A stretch of 64,000 nt of DNA from Tabrizicola sp. Its GTDB lineage: Bacteria > Pseudomonadota > Alphaproteobacteria > Rhodobacterales > Rhodobacteraceae. Made by a program: the position numbers and the translations under genes. Each line of letters begins with the position of its first letter. Within the stretch, counting starts at the first letter, position 1. The stretch covers positions 11,338 through 75,337 of the forward strand of contig NZ_JAEULP010000049.1 in assembly GCF_016792905.1 (NCBI RefSeq). Direction: 5' to 3'. This document shows, in pieces, positions 18,740 to 28,753 of the stretch. Below the pieces are notes generated by a model, which worked only from the letters and a program-made list of their open reading frames with translations, did not search any database and had not been told where the DNA came from.

Positions 18740-21700
18740 TCAAGGGATCGTGGTTCGGGCAAAGGCCTGCCTCACGATCTCGGGATCGAGGCGCATCAGC
18801 CTTGGGGCTTTCGTCCAGAGCACGGCAGTTTCGATCCGGCGATCGGGGTAGATTTGCCCCAGCATGTGCGCATAGGCACCCATCTGGCGCAGGATGCCCT
18901 CGGGCGTGGCCTCGGGGCGGCCGGGAATCACAGCGTTCGACTTGTAGTCGATGACAAGGACCTGCCCGGCGGTGATGACCAGCCGGTCGATGGTTCCGGC
19001 AAGCGTGTGGTTGCCCCATGGCGCGGTGACGGCGACCTCGGCCAGGGTATCAGTGCCGAAATACGGGCAGAGATCCGGATGCCCCAGCACCAGCCGGGCC
19101 TCGGCCAGGGCGTCAGCGTGACGTAGTGGGTCGGCGACAAGCGTTGCCGCGAAGGTCTCCCACTTGCCGGGATCCAGCCCCGGCAAGCGTTCGAGCAGCA
19201 GGTGCAGCGCCGTGCCCCGCGCGCGGGCTTCGGCTTCGGGGAAGAGCGGCTCGCCAGGGAGGGCTTTGGCGCCGCCAAGAGCGGAGGGGGACAGGACTTG
19301 CCGCACGCGAACCGGGTCGGGGGCGGGAAGCCCGGTCCAGGCCGGAAGCGGTATGCTTTTCGCAGCGGGCGCGCCGGTCCGCGCCGGATCGGGCCAGTTT
19401 CCGAAGGCGTGGCGTTGCACCCCATCCTGGATCGCAACGGCCCCGGCCGCCCCGAGACCGGCAGTAACCAGGTTGTGCCAGCAGTCCGCCTGCGTTGTCT
19501 TGCCCGCCCCAGCGACCACCAGCCAGCAGCGGGCACGGGTCATTGCAACATAGAGAAGCCGAAGCCGCTCGGCCGCCTCGCGTTCCTTGCGGGCGGCTCG
19601 TTCGGCGGCGATCAGGGCAGGGCTTTCCTCGGTGCCGACCTTCCAGACCGGCGCACCGTCTGGCAGGCGATAGATCTGGTCCTGATCGCGCGGCGCGCGG
19701 TCACAGGTGTCGGGAAGAATGACGACCTCGGCTTCCAGCCCCTTGGCGCCATGGACGGTCATTACCCGGATGCGGCTGCCCTCGCCATCAAGCGGGCGCT
19801 TCACCTCGACCTCGTCCGTTTCCATCCATGTGAGAAAGCCTGTCAGGCTGGGGACGTCAGATGCCTCATAGGACAGGGCCTGCGAAAGAAGCTCGTCGAT
19901 GCCGTCCTCTGCCTCGGCCCCCAGACGGCCAACCAGCTTGCGGCGGCCGTCGTGGCGGTGCAGGACCCGCTCGATCAGGTCGTAGGGGCGCAGGAAATCG
20001 GCCTGCCGACGCATGTCATTCAGGAAGGTCTTCGTGGCGTCGTGGCCGGGATGGTCGCGCAGCGCTTCCCAGAGATAGCCCCTGCGCGGTTGCGCAAGCC
20101 GGAACAGGTCGGCCTCGGACCAGCCGCAGAGGGGCGAGCGCAGGACGGCAGCAAGCGACAGGTCATCCTCGGGCGTGTCGAGGAAGGCGAGGAGGGCGGA
20201 GAGGTCCTTGACCGCCAGTTCGCCACCCAGCTTCAGCCGATCGGCCCCGGCGATGGGAAGACCGAGCGCCTTGCAGGCACGGATGATCTCGCGGAACAAC
20301 TCGGACCGGCGCTGCACGAGGATGAGGAAGTCGCCGTAGTGGATCGGGCGGTCAGGCTTGCCGGCTTGGGGGATCTGCTCGCCGCTTTCGACACGGTCGC
20401 GGATCCAGCAGGCGATGCGTTCCGCCAGCGCGACCTGGGGATCCTCGGGATGCGGCGTGTCGAGCGGTTCGTACCAGGGGCCGGGCTCGGTCTTTCCCGC
20501 CTTCTCGATGACCGGCCAGACATCGACCCGTCCGGGCAGACCGGCGTTGTATGCCAAGTGGTGCGACCCGCCGCCAAGGGCATCGTGCTGGGCCGGGGTG
20601 AAGGTCCGGTCGACAACCGAAAGGATCGCGGACGAGGAGCGGAAGGAATGTTCCAGCGCGCCTTCCACCAGACCCGGCCCACCGGCAAGCCGGGTGCCGA
20701 AATGGCCGCGCATCCGGTCGAAGGCGGCGACATCGGCACCCTGGAAGGAATAGATCGACTGCTTCTTGTCGCCCACGACAAACAGCGTCCGCTCCCGCGT
20801 GGTTGCACCTTCCCCGGCGATCAGTTCGGCGGCCAGCGCCTCGATCAGCTGCCACTGGTCGGGACTGGTGTCCTGGGCTTCGTCAACAAGGATGTGGTCG
20901 ATGCCGCCGTCCAGCCGGTACAGCACCCAGGCGGCAAGTGACGGATCGGTGAGCAGGGCCTTGGCGCGGGTGATCAGGTCGTCGAAGTCGAGAAGACCGC
21001 GCGCGGCCTTGCGGGCGGCGTAGGCGGGCAGGAAGACGGCCGCGAAGTCGTGCAGGGCAAGGGTCTTCGCGGCGGCGGCAAGTGCCTTCTCGGCATCCCG
21101 GGCGTCGCCGACACGCTGCATGAAGTCGTCGAAGTCGTGGGCAAGATCGCCCATCGCGGTGCGCACCTTGGCTGTCGGGACCTTGGCGAAGTTGGGGCTG
21201 CCGTCCTTCTTCAGGAGCTGGGCGTAAAGCACCTCCAGATCGGTCCGGGCGGGGTTCTGTATATTGATCCCGGCGAGTGCGGCCGCCAGATCCTGCATCG
21301 TCTGCGACCCGGCGCGCATCAGCGGCAGGCATTGCGCGATCAGCCAGTCCTCCCCGCCATGGAAGGCGAGCTTCAGGAAGTGGTCGTCGGTCACATCCGC
21401 CGGAAGTCCGAACAGAGTCAGCGCGGCCTGTCGGGTCAGCGGCGTGCCGAAGGCGCTGCGGTGGCCTGCGATCTGATCGACAAGGTTGCCGAAATCCTCG
21501 CCGTTCTGCACTTCGGTCAGGCGGCGAACGACCTGCGCATGGCGACCGTCGGCCATTTCCTCGACGATCTCGGCCCGCATGAGCCTTGCGGCGCGGTCGT
21601 CCATCTCGGTGAAACCCGGGGGGACGCCGGCTTCGAGCGGGAAGCGGCGGAGCAGGCTGGCGCAGAAGCTGTGGATGGTCTGGATGCGGAGGCCGCCGGG

Positions 21701-22033
21701 CGTTTCGATGGCGCGGGCGAACAGCTGGCGCGCGCGGGACAGGCGCTCCGGCGGCAGGGCGTCTTCGCCCAGTGCCCCAAGGGCCAGGCGCAGGGCGGGC
21801 TCGGGCATCATGGCCCATTCGCCCAGCCGCTTGAACAGCCGGTTCTGCATCTCGGAAGCTGCGGCCTTCGTGTAGGTCAGGCACAGAATGTGTTGCGGTT
21901 CGACTCCGCCCAGCATCAGGCGCGCCACGCGGTCGGTCAGCACGCGGGTCTTTCCCGACCCGGCATTGGCCGAAAGCCAGGTGTTGCGGGCGGGATCGGC
22001 GGCGGCGATCTGGCGGGTGGAAGCGTCGTTCAT
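18740..22033 (-). CDS. addA: Double-strand break repair helicase-nuclease AddA (alphaproteobacterial type)
   Basis: UvrD-like Walker A (ANAGSGKTRVLTDR) and a C-terminal PD-(D/E)XK motif (GTIDRLV...VIDYKS). The ATG at 22033 overlaps the addB stop as ATGA. Confidence 0.9.
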   Translation of the reverse strand: MNDASTRQIAAADPARNTWLSANAGSGKTRVLTDRVARLMLGGVEPQHILCLTYTKAAASEMQNRLFKRLGEWAMMPEPALRLALGALGEDALPPERLSRARQLFARAIETPGGLRIQTIHSFCASLLRRFPLEAGVPPGFTEMDDRAARLMRAEIVEEMADGRHAQVVRRLTEVQNGEDFGNLVDQIAGHRSAFGTPLTRQAALTLFGLPADVTDDHFLKLAFHGGEDWLIAQCLPLMRAGSQTMQDLAAALAGINIQNPARTDLEVLYAQLLKKDGSPNFAKVPTAKVRTAMGDLAHDFDDFMQRVGDARDAEKALAAAAKTLALHDFAAVFLPAYAARKAARGLLDFDDLITRAKALLTDPSLAAWVLYRLDGGIDHILVDEAQDTSPDQWQLIEALAAELIAGEGATTRERTLFVVGDKKQSIYSFQGADVAAFDRMRGHFGTRLAGGPGLVEGALEHSFRSSSAILSVVDRTFTPAQHDALGGGSHHLAYNAGLPGRVDVWPVIEKAGKTEPGPWYEPLDTPHPEDPQVALAERIACWIRDRVESGEQIPQAGKPDRPIHYGDFLILVQRRSELFREIIRACKALGLPIAGADRLKLGGELAVKDLSALLAFLDTPEDDLSLAAVLRSPLCGWSEADLFRLAQPRRGYLWEALRDHPGHDATKTFLNDMRRQADFLRPYDLIERVLHRHDGRRKLVGRLGAEAEDGIDELLSQALSYEASDVPSLTGFLTWMETDEVEVKRPLDGEGSRIRVMTVHGAKGLEAEVVILPDTCDRAPRDQDQIYRLPDGAPVWKVGTEESPALIAAERAARKEREAAERLRLLYVAMTRARCWLVVAGAGKTTQADCWHNLVTAGLGAAGAVAIQDGVQRHAFGNWPDPARTGAPAAKSIPLPAWTGLPAPDPVRVRQVLSPSALGGAKALPGEPLFPEAEARARGTALHLLLERLPGLDPGKWETFAATLVADPLRHADALAEARLVLGHPDLCPYFGTDTLAEVAVTAPWGNHTLAGTIDRLVITAGQVLVIDYKSNAVIPGRPEATPEGILRQMGAYAHMLGQIYPDRRIETAVLWTKAPRLMRLDPEIVRQAFARTTIP

Positions 22034-24927
22034 GCCAGGTCCTCGGGTGACGGATCCTCGGTCATGTCCCATTCGCCGAAGCGCGAGAGATGATCGTAGT
22101 CGCTGACATCTCGCACGGATTCCAGCGCACGCCGGGCGGTGTAGCCCTGGCCGGGGCGGGAGTAGCTGGCCATGAGTCGGCCGAACTCGGACCAGATTTC
22201 CGTCACGTCGCCGGGGTCAAGCTCGGTGCTCTGGATGTCCAGCACGGCCTTCAGCCCGACATAGGACAGCCGTGCCACCTCTTGCGGGCCAAGCCCCGGG
22301 AAGCCGCCGCCCTCGGCCATCGCGGCGGTCAGGAACAGCTGCTTGTCGAAGTGCTTCTGCTGCGCGGGCGTCGGCGGCGTGCCGGTCTTGTAGTCGATCA
22401 GGTAAAGCCGCCCGTCCGGAAGCCGGTCGATCCGGTCGGGCTTGCCGGTCAGGGTGAAATCCAGGCCCGGCAACGTCACTGCGCCCTTTTCCTCCAGAAG
22501 GACCGGCGCCCCCCCGGTCGAGGCCGAGAAACCAAGGAAAGCATCGGCAGCCTTGGCGATGCGGCTGCGCCAGATCGTGCGCGCCAGGGGCCAGGCCACC
22601 CGCTTGGCAAGGACCGTATCGGTGATTGCCAGCAGGGTGTCGCGGTCGCCCCCGCCGCTGCGCAGGAAGATTTCGAGGATCTCGTGCAGCACGATCCCGC
22701 GGAGGCGAGGGTCGGCCTCGGGGCGCAGCGGGTCCAGCGGACGCAGCTTCAGGACATGGCGGGCGTAGATCGCATAGGGATCGCGGACCAGTGTCTTGAT
22801 TTCGGTAACGGAGAGCTTCTTCGGTCGGGACGCGACCGGCGGGCGCGGGGACGGGCGTCGCTCACGCGGCGTCTCGGGCGCCTGGTCGAAGGCTTCGGCC
22901 AAGTCCAGCCAATCGGTGCCCCGCGCACGCATCGCCTTCAGCGCCTCGGGGCCATCGCGTTCAGGCAGGCCCTCCATCAGGTTCATCAGCCGGTTCAGCC
23001 AGCGCGAGGGCACGGTTTCCGCCTCTGCCCCCCGCCTGGCGCGGGAAAGGACCACCCGCCTCGCCGCTACGGCCTGCTGGTAGTCATGTGCCGACAGGCC
23101 GATCCGGCGTTCGGGCAGCAAAAGCCCCGCCTCCTTCCGCATTGCCCGGTTCAGCCAGGGATCGGGCGTTGGCTGGGCGGGCCAGATGCCGTCGTTCAGC
23201 CCGCCAAGCACCACCAGATCGGCCCCCTGCACCCGGCTTTCCAGCGTCCCCCAGATCATTATGCCGGGATGCACGCTTTCCGTCTCGCGTACCTCGTGCC
23301 GGTTCAGCACGCCCAGGAACAGGCCCGCATAGTCGGCAGGCGTCATCTCGCCCCCGGCCCCGGCTTCGGCCTGAAGCTCGGTGACGGCCTTCAGCGCCTC
23401 TTCCCCTGCGGCCTTTTCCCACAGCTCGCCCGTTCCGGCCTCGGCAAAGCCGCGCGCCAGTGCTTCGGACAGCACCAGGTGCATGGCCACGAACTCTTCC
23501 AGCGACAGTCGCGAAACAGCCTCGTGCCCGCAAAGCGTGGCGGCAACGATCCGCGCCCAGTCGGCGGCGCGTTCGTGCGTCTGGGTCGCAGCCCAGGTTT
23601 GCACGCTCTCGGCCGTCGGGAATGCGGGACCGTGGCGCCGCAGGTGCAGCTCGAACTCGCGGGTCAGGATCAGGTGCGGGCCACGTCCCGGGCCGGAGAA
23701 AGCCAGCGGATGCTTGAGAAGCGCCAAGAGCGCATCGCCGGTCAGCTTCTGGCCGAACAGTGCCGCCACTTGCCGCAGCATTCGGCCCGGCGCCGACAGG
23801 GCCAGGGGACGCCCGGCGGAATCGTCGGGGCGGATGCCCCAGCGGTCGAGCGCCGCCGTCACCCGGCGGGCAAGGTTGCGGTCGGGCGAGATCAGCGCGG
23901 CACGGGTTCCGGTCTCGGCCGCCTCGCGCAGGACAAGGGCGATGGCAAGGGCCTCGGACCTTTCTCCGGGCGCCTCGATCAGCGTCAGGCCCTGGGTTGC
24001 AGCGGGCAGGTCGGGCAGCTTTGGTCCTTCGCTCAGCCACTGGTCGGTGATCGGCGCGGGCCGCAGCGACAGCGAAATCAGCCGGTTGCGGTCGGGATCG
24101 GGGGGCGGGGTCTCGGTCCAGCGACGGATCGCCCTGTGGTCGCAGCCAAAAAGGTCCATCACCCGGCGGAAGCGGTATTGCGGGTGATCCTCGGCGGTCA
24201 GCGCGTCGTCCATGCTGTCCCAGACGGGTGCGGGCAGGTCGAAATCGAAGCCGGGAAGGACAACCGCACCGTTCGGCAGGCGGGCGATGGCCTCTGCCAG
24301 AAGCGCCGTCGTCCCGCGCGAGGCGGTGGAACCGGCAAGGATCACCGGATGCGCCGGGGACGTCGTCGCCCATGTTTCGGCAAGCCGGGTCACGGCGCGG
24401 CGCAGGATGGCTTCCGCGTCGGGGCTTTCGTCCGACAGCGCTTCGGTCACGATGCCAAGGAAGGCCTGGGTCCGCGCCCAGTGCGCCGAATGGTTGGCAA
24501 CGTCGAGCGCCGCGATCCGCGCCGGACTGACGCCTTCGCCCTGCATCTCCTCCATCAGCGTGGCCAGGCTGTCGGCAAGGTCGTAGAGCGCCGTGCGAGG
24601 GAAATGCGTGGTCCCGGTCGCGAGCAGCCGGTCCAGCAGGACCGAAAGCTCCAGTCGCCGCCGCAGGGGCGAGATCGGCGCCGGGAGCGCAAGATCGGCC
24701 AGCGGGGCCGTCTCGGTGACAAGCAGGATGCGCGGCAGCAGCCGGGCGCCCGATGCCTGGAACACCTCGCCCACCCGGCGCCGCATGCGCTGGGTGTTGA
24801 CGATCAGCGTGACCCGCGCCAGCGCTTCGGGCGGCTGGCCATTCCCGCGCTGCAACAGGCCCGCGACCAGCTCGGCGGGGAAATCCGCGCCGGGCGGCAG
24901 GGCGAAGAGGTTCGGGGGCTCAGCCAT
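22030..24927 (-). CDS. addB: Double-strand break repair protein AddB
   Basis: 965 aa with a C-terminal nuclease motif (DRIDRLPDGRLYLIDYKTG). Paired with addA. Start trimmed to the ATG at 24927. Confidence 0.85.
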   Translation of the reverse strand: MAEPPNLFALPPGADFPAELVAGLLQRGNGQPPEALARVTLIVNTQRMRRRVGEVFQASGARLLPRILLVTETAPLADLALPAPISPLRRRLELSVLLDRLLATGTTHFPRTALYDLADSLATLMEEMQGEGVSPARIAALDVANHSAHWARTQAFLGIVTEALSDESPDAEAILRRAVTRLAETWATTSPAHPVILAGSTASRGTTALLAEAIARLPNGAVVLPGFDFDLPAPVWDSMDDALTAEDHPQYRFRRVMDLFGCDHRAIRRWTETPPPDPDRNRLISLSLRPAPITDQWLSEGPKLPDLPAATQGLTLIEAPGERSEALAIALVLREAAETGTRAALISPDRNLARRVTAALDRWGIRPDDSAGRPLALSAPGRMLRQVAALFGQKLTGDALLALLKHPLAFSGPGRGPHLILTREFELHLRRHGPAFPTAESVQTWAATQTHERAADWARIVAATLCGHEAVSRLSLEEFVAMHLVLSEALARGFAEAGTGELWEKAAGEEALKAVTELQAEAGAGGEMTPADYAGLFLGVLNRHEVRETESVHPGIMIWGTLESRVQGADLVVLGGLNDGIWPAQPTPDPWLNRAMRKEAGLLLPERRIGLSAHDYQQAVAARRVVLSRARRGAEAETVPSRWLNRLMNLMEGLPERDGPEALKAMRARGTDWLDLAEAFDQAPETPRERRPSPRPPVASRPKKLSVTEIKTLVRDPYAIYARHVLKLRPLDPLRPEADPRLRGIVLHEILEIFLRSGGGDRDTLLAITDTVLAKRVAWPLARTIWRSRIAKAADAFLGFSASTGGAPVLLEEKGAVTLPGLDFTLTGKPDRIDRLPDGRLYLIDYKTGTPPTPAQQKHFDKQLFLTAAMAEGGGFPGLGPQEVARLSYVGLKAVLDIQSTELDPGDVTEIWSEFGRLMASYSRPGQGYTARRALESVRDVSDYDHLSRFGEWDMTEDPSPEDLA

Positions 24928-25624
24928 GTCCGGCAGAATGGAGGAGCCGCTCGGCCGCCGCAATTCCCTCCGGCTGGCCGACATCGCACCAGCCGCCGCG
25001 ATGGACAAGACCGAACGCCGTCCCGGCGGCAATCATCGCGTTCCAGGGCAGGTTCAGCGAGAAGACTGCGTCGGGGGTGGCCCTGATCCGCGCGGGATGA
25101 ATGATCTGCGCGCCGATGTAGACGTGATCCTCGCCGCCCTGGCCCCGGGAAATCCGGCCGTCGGCGTCCAGCCGGAAATCGCCCTTCGGCCCATGGGCAA
25201 GCGTGTCCTCCAGGGGCAGGAGCAGCAAGAGCGCCTCCATCCGGCTGCCATCCCAGGCGGCGGACAGTTCCAGAAGCGGACTCGCCCCGGTCCAGATGCC
25301 GTCGCTGTTCAGGATTGCGACGGGACCATCGCCAAGCTGCGGAAGCGCCGCCTTCAACCCGCCCCCGGTTTCAAGGATCGGTCCGGGTTCATGGCTCAGG
25401 ATGACGCCCTTGCCGGCCAGGTGCGCGGCCATCTGCGCGGCACGGTAATGGGTGTTGACGATCGTGCGGCGCACGCCTGCGGCATGGGCGACGTCAAGGG
25501 CATGATCGATCAGCGGGCGGCCCGCGACCGGGATCAGCGGCTTGGGCATGTCCCGGGTCAGCGCGCCCATGCGGGTGCCGAAGCCCGCAGCGAAGATCAT
25601 CAGCGGGAAGGGGTAGTCGGGCAT
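24920..25624 (-). CDS. murU: Sugar-1-phosphate nucleotidyltransferase (MurU-like MurNAc-1-P uridylyltransferase)
   Basis: MIFAAGFGTRMGALTRDMPKPLIPVAGRPLIDH nucleotidyltransferase motif. 234 aa. It overlaps both neighbouring genes. Confidence 0.6.
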   Translation of the reverse strand: MPDYPFPLMIFAAGFGTRMGALTRDMPKPLIPVAGRPLIDHALDVAHAAGVRRTIVNTHYRAAQMAAHLAGKGVILSHEPGPILETGGGLKAALPQLGDGPVAILNSDGIWTGASPLLELSAAWDGSRMEALLLLLPLEDTLAHGPKGDFRLDADGRISRGQGGEDHVYIGAQIIHPARIRATPDAVFSLNLPWNAMIAAGTAFGLVHRGGWCDVGQPEGIAAAERLLHSAGHG

Positions 25625-26622
25625 TGGCGGGCGATCTTCTGCAATAGGTCGGGTGTGGGAGCGGGCAGGACGGCGTCGCAGACCGTGCGAAGCCCTGCAA
25701 GGGCGGGATGGGACAGGTTCTGCTGCAACTGGCCCCAGACGCGGGGGATCAGCGGCAGATACTGCGGCTTGCCCGCGACGAGGCAGAGCCGCGCAAAGAC
25801 GCCAAGGATGCGCAGGGCGCGCTGGGCCCCAAGCGTGGCGTAGTGGGCGGCAAAGGTCGCGGGGTCCGCCCCGGTGGCAGCGGCGAAACGGGCGACCATC
25901 GCGGCTTCGGTTGCGGTGGCGACATCGCGACGGGCGTCCTGCAGGAGGGAGACGAGGTCGTAGCCGGGCTGGCCGAGCTGGCCGAGCTGGAAGTCCAGCA
26001 ACCCGACCCGCGCCATGCCGCTTCGGCCGGGCAGCCAAAGCAGGTTCTCGGCATGGTAGTCGCGCAGGATCAGGACGCGGGGGCCGTCGGCATGCGCGCG
26101 CAGGGCGGTGGTCAGGGCCGAGCGGAAGGCGGCGGGGTCCGGCTTGGTGCCCGTCGCCGCAAAGGCATACCAGTCCAGCGCGAACCCCGCCCCGCGGGCC
26201 CAGTCCTCGGCCGAGAGGTTCGGCAGGCCGGGCGGGGGGCTCGCGCGTTGCAGACGCAGAAGCACGTCCACCGCCGGGGCGTACAGCTCCGCCTCGCGCG
26301 CGGGGTCGGAGGCAAGGAGGCGGGCGTAGAGATCATCGCCAAGGTCTTCCAGCAGGAGAAGGCCGCGCGGCAGGTCCTCGGCCAGGATCGCCGGGGCGGA
26401 CAGGCCAAGGGCGCGCAGGTGGCGGGCCATGCTGGCGAAGGCCACCGGGTCGTCCGCCCCGCCGGGCGGGTTGTCCATCAGCACCGCTGTCGACGCGCCG
26501 CGCTGTAGCCGTTCATAGCGGCGGTCCGACGCATCGCCCGCCAGGTGACGGCGCCTGGCCGCGCCCCAACCGGCTTGGGCCAGGAACCCGGCAATCTCGC
26601 TCGCCCGGTCAGCCATGGGCAA
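25600..26622 (-). CDS. amgK: Aminoglycoside-phosphotransferase-fold kinase (AmgK-like anomeric MurNAc/GlcNAc kinase)
   Basis: APH-fold catalytic loop (LRDYHAENLLWL) and a DFQ motif (GLLDFQ). Its position next to the murU-like gene follows the published AmgK-MurU pairing. Confidence 0.55.
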   Translation of the reverse strand: MPMADRASEIAGFLAQAGWGAARRRHLAGDASDRRYERLQRGASTAVLMDNPPGGADDPVAFASMARHLRALGLSAPAILAEDLPRGLLLLEDLGDDLYARLLASDPAREAELYAPAVDVLLRLQRASPPPGLPNLSAEDWARGAGFALDWYAFAATGTKPDPAAFRSALTTALRAHADGPRVLILRDYHAENLLWLPGRSGMARVGLLDFQLGQLGQPGYDLVSLLQDARRDVATATEAAMVARFAAATGADPATFAAHYATLGAQRALRILGVFARLCLVAGKPQYLPLIPRVWGQLQQNLSHPALAGLRTVCDAVLPAPTPDLLQKIARQCPTTPSR

Positions 26623-27073
26623 ATGCCCCGGCCAGGTGCGGCCGACCGCCGGTGATCATCGCCCGGCGTCCCTCGCCCGCCGTGTCGAGCCGGATGCGCA
26701 GCGCCTCGGGCGGCACATGTGCGCCCAGCCGGTCGGGCCATTCCACCAGACAGATCGCCGTTTCGAAGGCATCATCGAGACCCAGTTCCCAGACCTCGTC
26801 CGGGTGGGTGAGGCGATAGAGATCGGCGTGCCAGATCTCGACCGCCCCGGCCTCATAGACCTGAACCAGGGTGAAGGTCGGCGAAGGCACCTCTTCCTCG
26901 CGGCCCAGCCGGGCGCGGATGAAGGCGCGGGCGAGGCAGCTTTTCCCGGCGCCGATCGGGCCCTCCAGCAGGATGGTGTCGCCCGGCCGCGCCAGTCCGG
27001 CCAGCCGGCGACCGAGTGCTTCGGTCGCGTCGGGACCGGGCAGGTCAAGCGTGAATGCGGCGTCGGTCGGCAT
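26609..27073 (-). CDS. tsaE: tRNA t6A37 biosynthesis ATPase TsaE
   Basis: GPIGAGKS P-loop, SPTFTLVQ, and HADLYRL. 154 aa. Confidence 0.85.
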   Translation of the reverse strand: MPTDAAFTLDLPGPDATEALGRRLAGLARPGDTILLEGPIGAGKSCLARAFIRARLGREEEVPSPTFTLVQVYEAGAVEIWHADLYRLTHPDEVWELGLDDAFETAICLVEWPDRLGAHVPPEALRIRLDTAGEGRRAMITGGRPHLAGAFAHG

Positions 27074-27110
27074 GGCGCGACTGTAGCGGCGGGGCGGGCC
27101 GCCGCAAGCC

Positions 27111-28706
27111 TCAGGCCGAAAGAAGCCCCGCCCCGCCCGCGTCCTTCAGCCCGGCAACGGCGATGCTGCCCTGCATCCGAAAGGTGATCAGCGTCGCCCC
27201 CCCGGTCAGCGAGCGGAACCGGCACAGGACCAGCCGACCGTCGAGCAGCCGCACCTCGCCTTCCCAGGGCGTGCGATCCCCGGCACTGGTCACGAAATCG
27301 GTCGCGTCGTCCCACAGGAGCGTTGGCGCGGCATGCTCCCGCCACCAGGTGCAGAGCGTGGCGATGCTGGCTTCGGACAGAAGGACCTGGGGATCGTGTT
27401 GCCAAAGCTGGGCATAGGCATGGTTCGACATGACGAGCTGCCCCCGCGGCGAGAAGACCGCGACGGCATCCTCGACCGCGTCGATCACCGACTGGCCAAG
27501 TTCCAGGTCTGCCCGGTAGCGGCGCGTCCGCGACATTTCGTTCGAGATGTCCTCGAACATGAAGGCCAGCGCCCCGTTCGGGTGCGGGCGCCCGATGACA
27601 CGGTAGGTCTGGCCGCCCGGCAGGCTCCATGTCTCCTCGAACAGGCCCATGGTGGCCTCTTCCTCCAGCCGGGCAAGCTGCTTGCGCCAGCTGCGATAGT
27701 CACGCGGTTCCGGGATCATCGCCTTGGCGCGCATCGCATCGAGGAAGGCGTTGAGCGTCGGGCGCCCGATCAGCATTTCCGGGGCGAGCGTGGTGAGGTC
27801 GGCAAGGGCCGGGTTGAACATTTGCAAGGAGCGCGAGCGGTCGAAGATCGCAAGGCCGATGGGGAGGTCGGCAAAGGTCTTGGTCAGGGTCTGCATGAAC
27901 TCGCGCAGGGCCGTTTCCGCCTGCACCGCCTTGTCGGCGGCAAGCGCGTAGCACAGCATCTCGTCGCCCTGGGGCATCCGCACGAGGTCGAACCATTCCG
28001 TGCCGCTGGGCATCTGCAGCTTCAGTCGCGGCAGGCGGGACGAGGCGGGCACCGAGGCATCGAACATCTTCGGCAAGGGCCAGGACAGGTCCTCCCCCTC
28101 GGGCAGAAGTTCGACTGCGCGGATGAGATAGGCGTGATTCGCCCAGATCACCGCGCCGTCGGCGGCCTCTTTCCAGATCAGCACCGGGGCCCGGGACAGG
28201 ACTGCGCGCTGGGCCATCACCTCCTGCTGCAGGGCGGCGGCAGAGGCGGCGTCCCCCTGCCCGGACCGCATGACCGCCTCGCCACCGTCCACCGTCAGCC
28301 GGGTAAGGCCCGACAGGTGCTGCGCCTTCATGACCAGCGCCGGAGAGGTGCCAGGCTGCGAGGGGATCTGTAACTGGCCGATCCGGGGCAGGGCGGCCAG
28401 CCGTTCGGAAAGATTGGGAAAATCCGCGCCGAATCGGGCGACCAGCCGCGACCAGGCGCGGCTGTCCTCGCCATCCGGCAGCAGTGCCCGGGCGGCGGGC
28501 GTGGCATCGACCAGACGCTCGCCATCGAAGAGGAAGGCCACTTGCGACGGGCTTTGGTCGAAGATGCTGGGCGCCAGGACCGCGCGGCGCGATTGCCAGG
28601 CAGCCAGCAGTGCCAGCGCGGACATCGCCACCAAGAGCGCCGTCAGCACCTGTCCCAACGCCATCGACCATTCGCCCGTCATCTGGACCCCCCGGAGTGA
28701 ACGCAT
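27111..28706 (-). CDS. Membrane-anchored multi-PAS protein with no kinase or other output domain
   Basis: 531 aa with one TM helix (LGQVLTALLVAMSALALLAAW) and three PAS-like modules (VLIWKEAADGAVIWANHAY; LPIGLAIFDRSRSLQMFNPA; VEDAVAVFSPRGQLVMSNHAY). I see no H-box and no HATPase motifs. Confidence 0.7.
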   Translation of the reverse strand: MRSLRGVQMTGEWSMALGQVLTALLVAMSALALLAAWQSRRAVLAPSIFDQSPSQVAFLFDGERLVDATPAARALLPDGEDSRAWSRLVARFGADFPNLSERLAALPRIGQLQIPSQPGTSPALVMKAQHLSGLTRLTVDGGEAVMRSGQGDAASAAALQQEVMAQRAVLSRAPVLIWKEAADGAVIWANHAYLIRAVELLPEGEDLSWPLPKMFDASVPASSRLPRLKLQMPSGTEWFDLVRMPQGDEMLCYALAADKAVQAETALREFMQTLTKTFADLPIGLAIFDRSRSLQMFNPALADLTTLAPEMLIGRPTLNAFLDAMRAKAMIPEPRDYRSWRKQLARLEEEATMGLFEETWSLPGGQTYRVIGRPHPNGALAFMFEDISNEMSRTRRYRADLELGQSVIDAVEDAVAVFSPRGQLVMSNHAYAQLWQHDPQVLLSEASIATLCTWWREHAAPTLLWDDATDFVTSAGDRTPWEGEVRLLDGRLVLCRFRSLTGGATLITFRMQGSIAVAGLKDAGGAGLLSA

Positions 28707-28753
28707 CCCGGAAAGCCTAGGCCGCCAACGGTTAACCGCCCGTTAACCGCGCT

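Noticed and set aside
14832-25086. Long plus-strand ORFs 14832..17189, 19202..20941, 21050..22093 and 22090..25086
   Set aside because: They are shadow ORFs antisense to pnp, addA and addB. None carries a recognisable motif.
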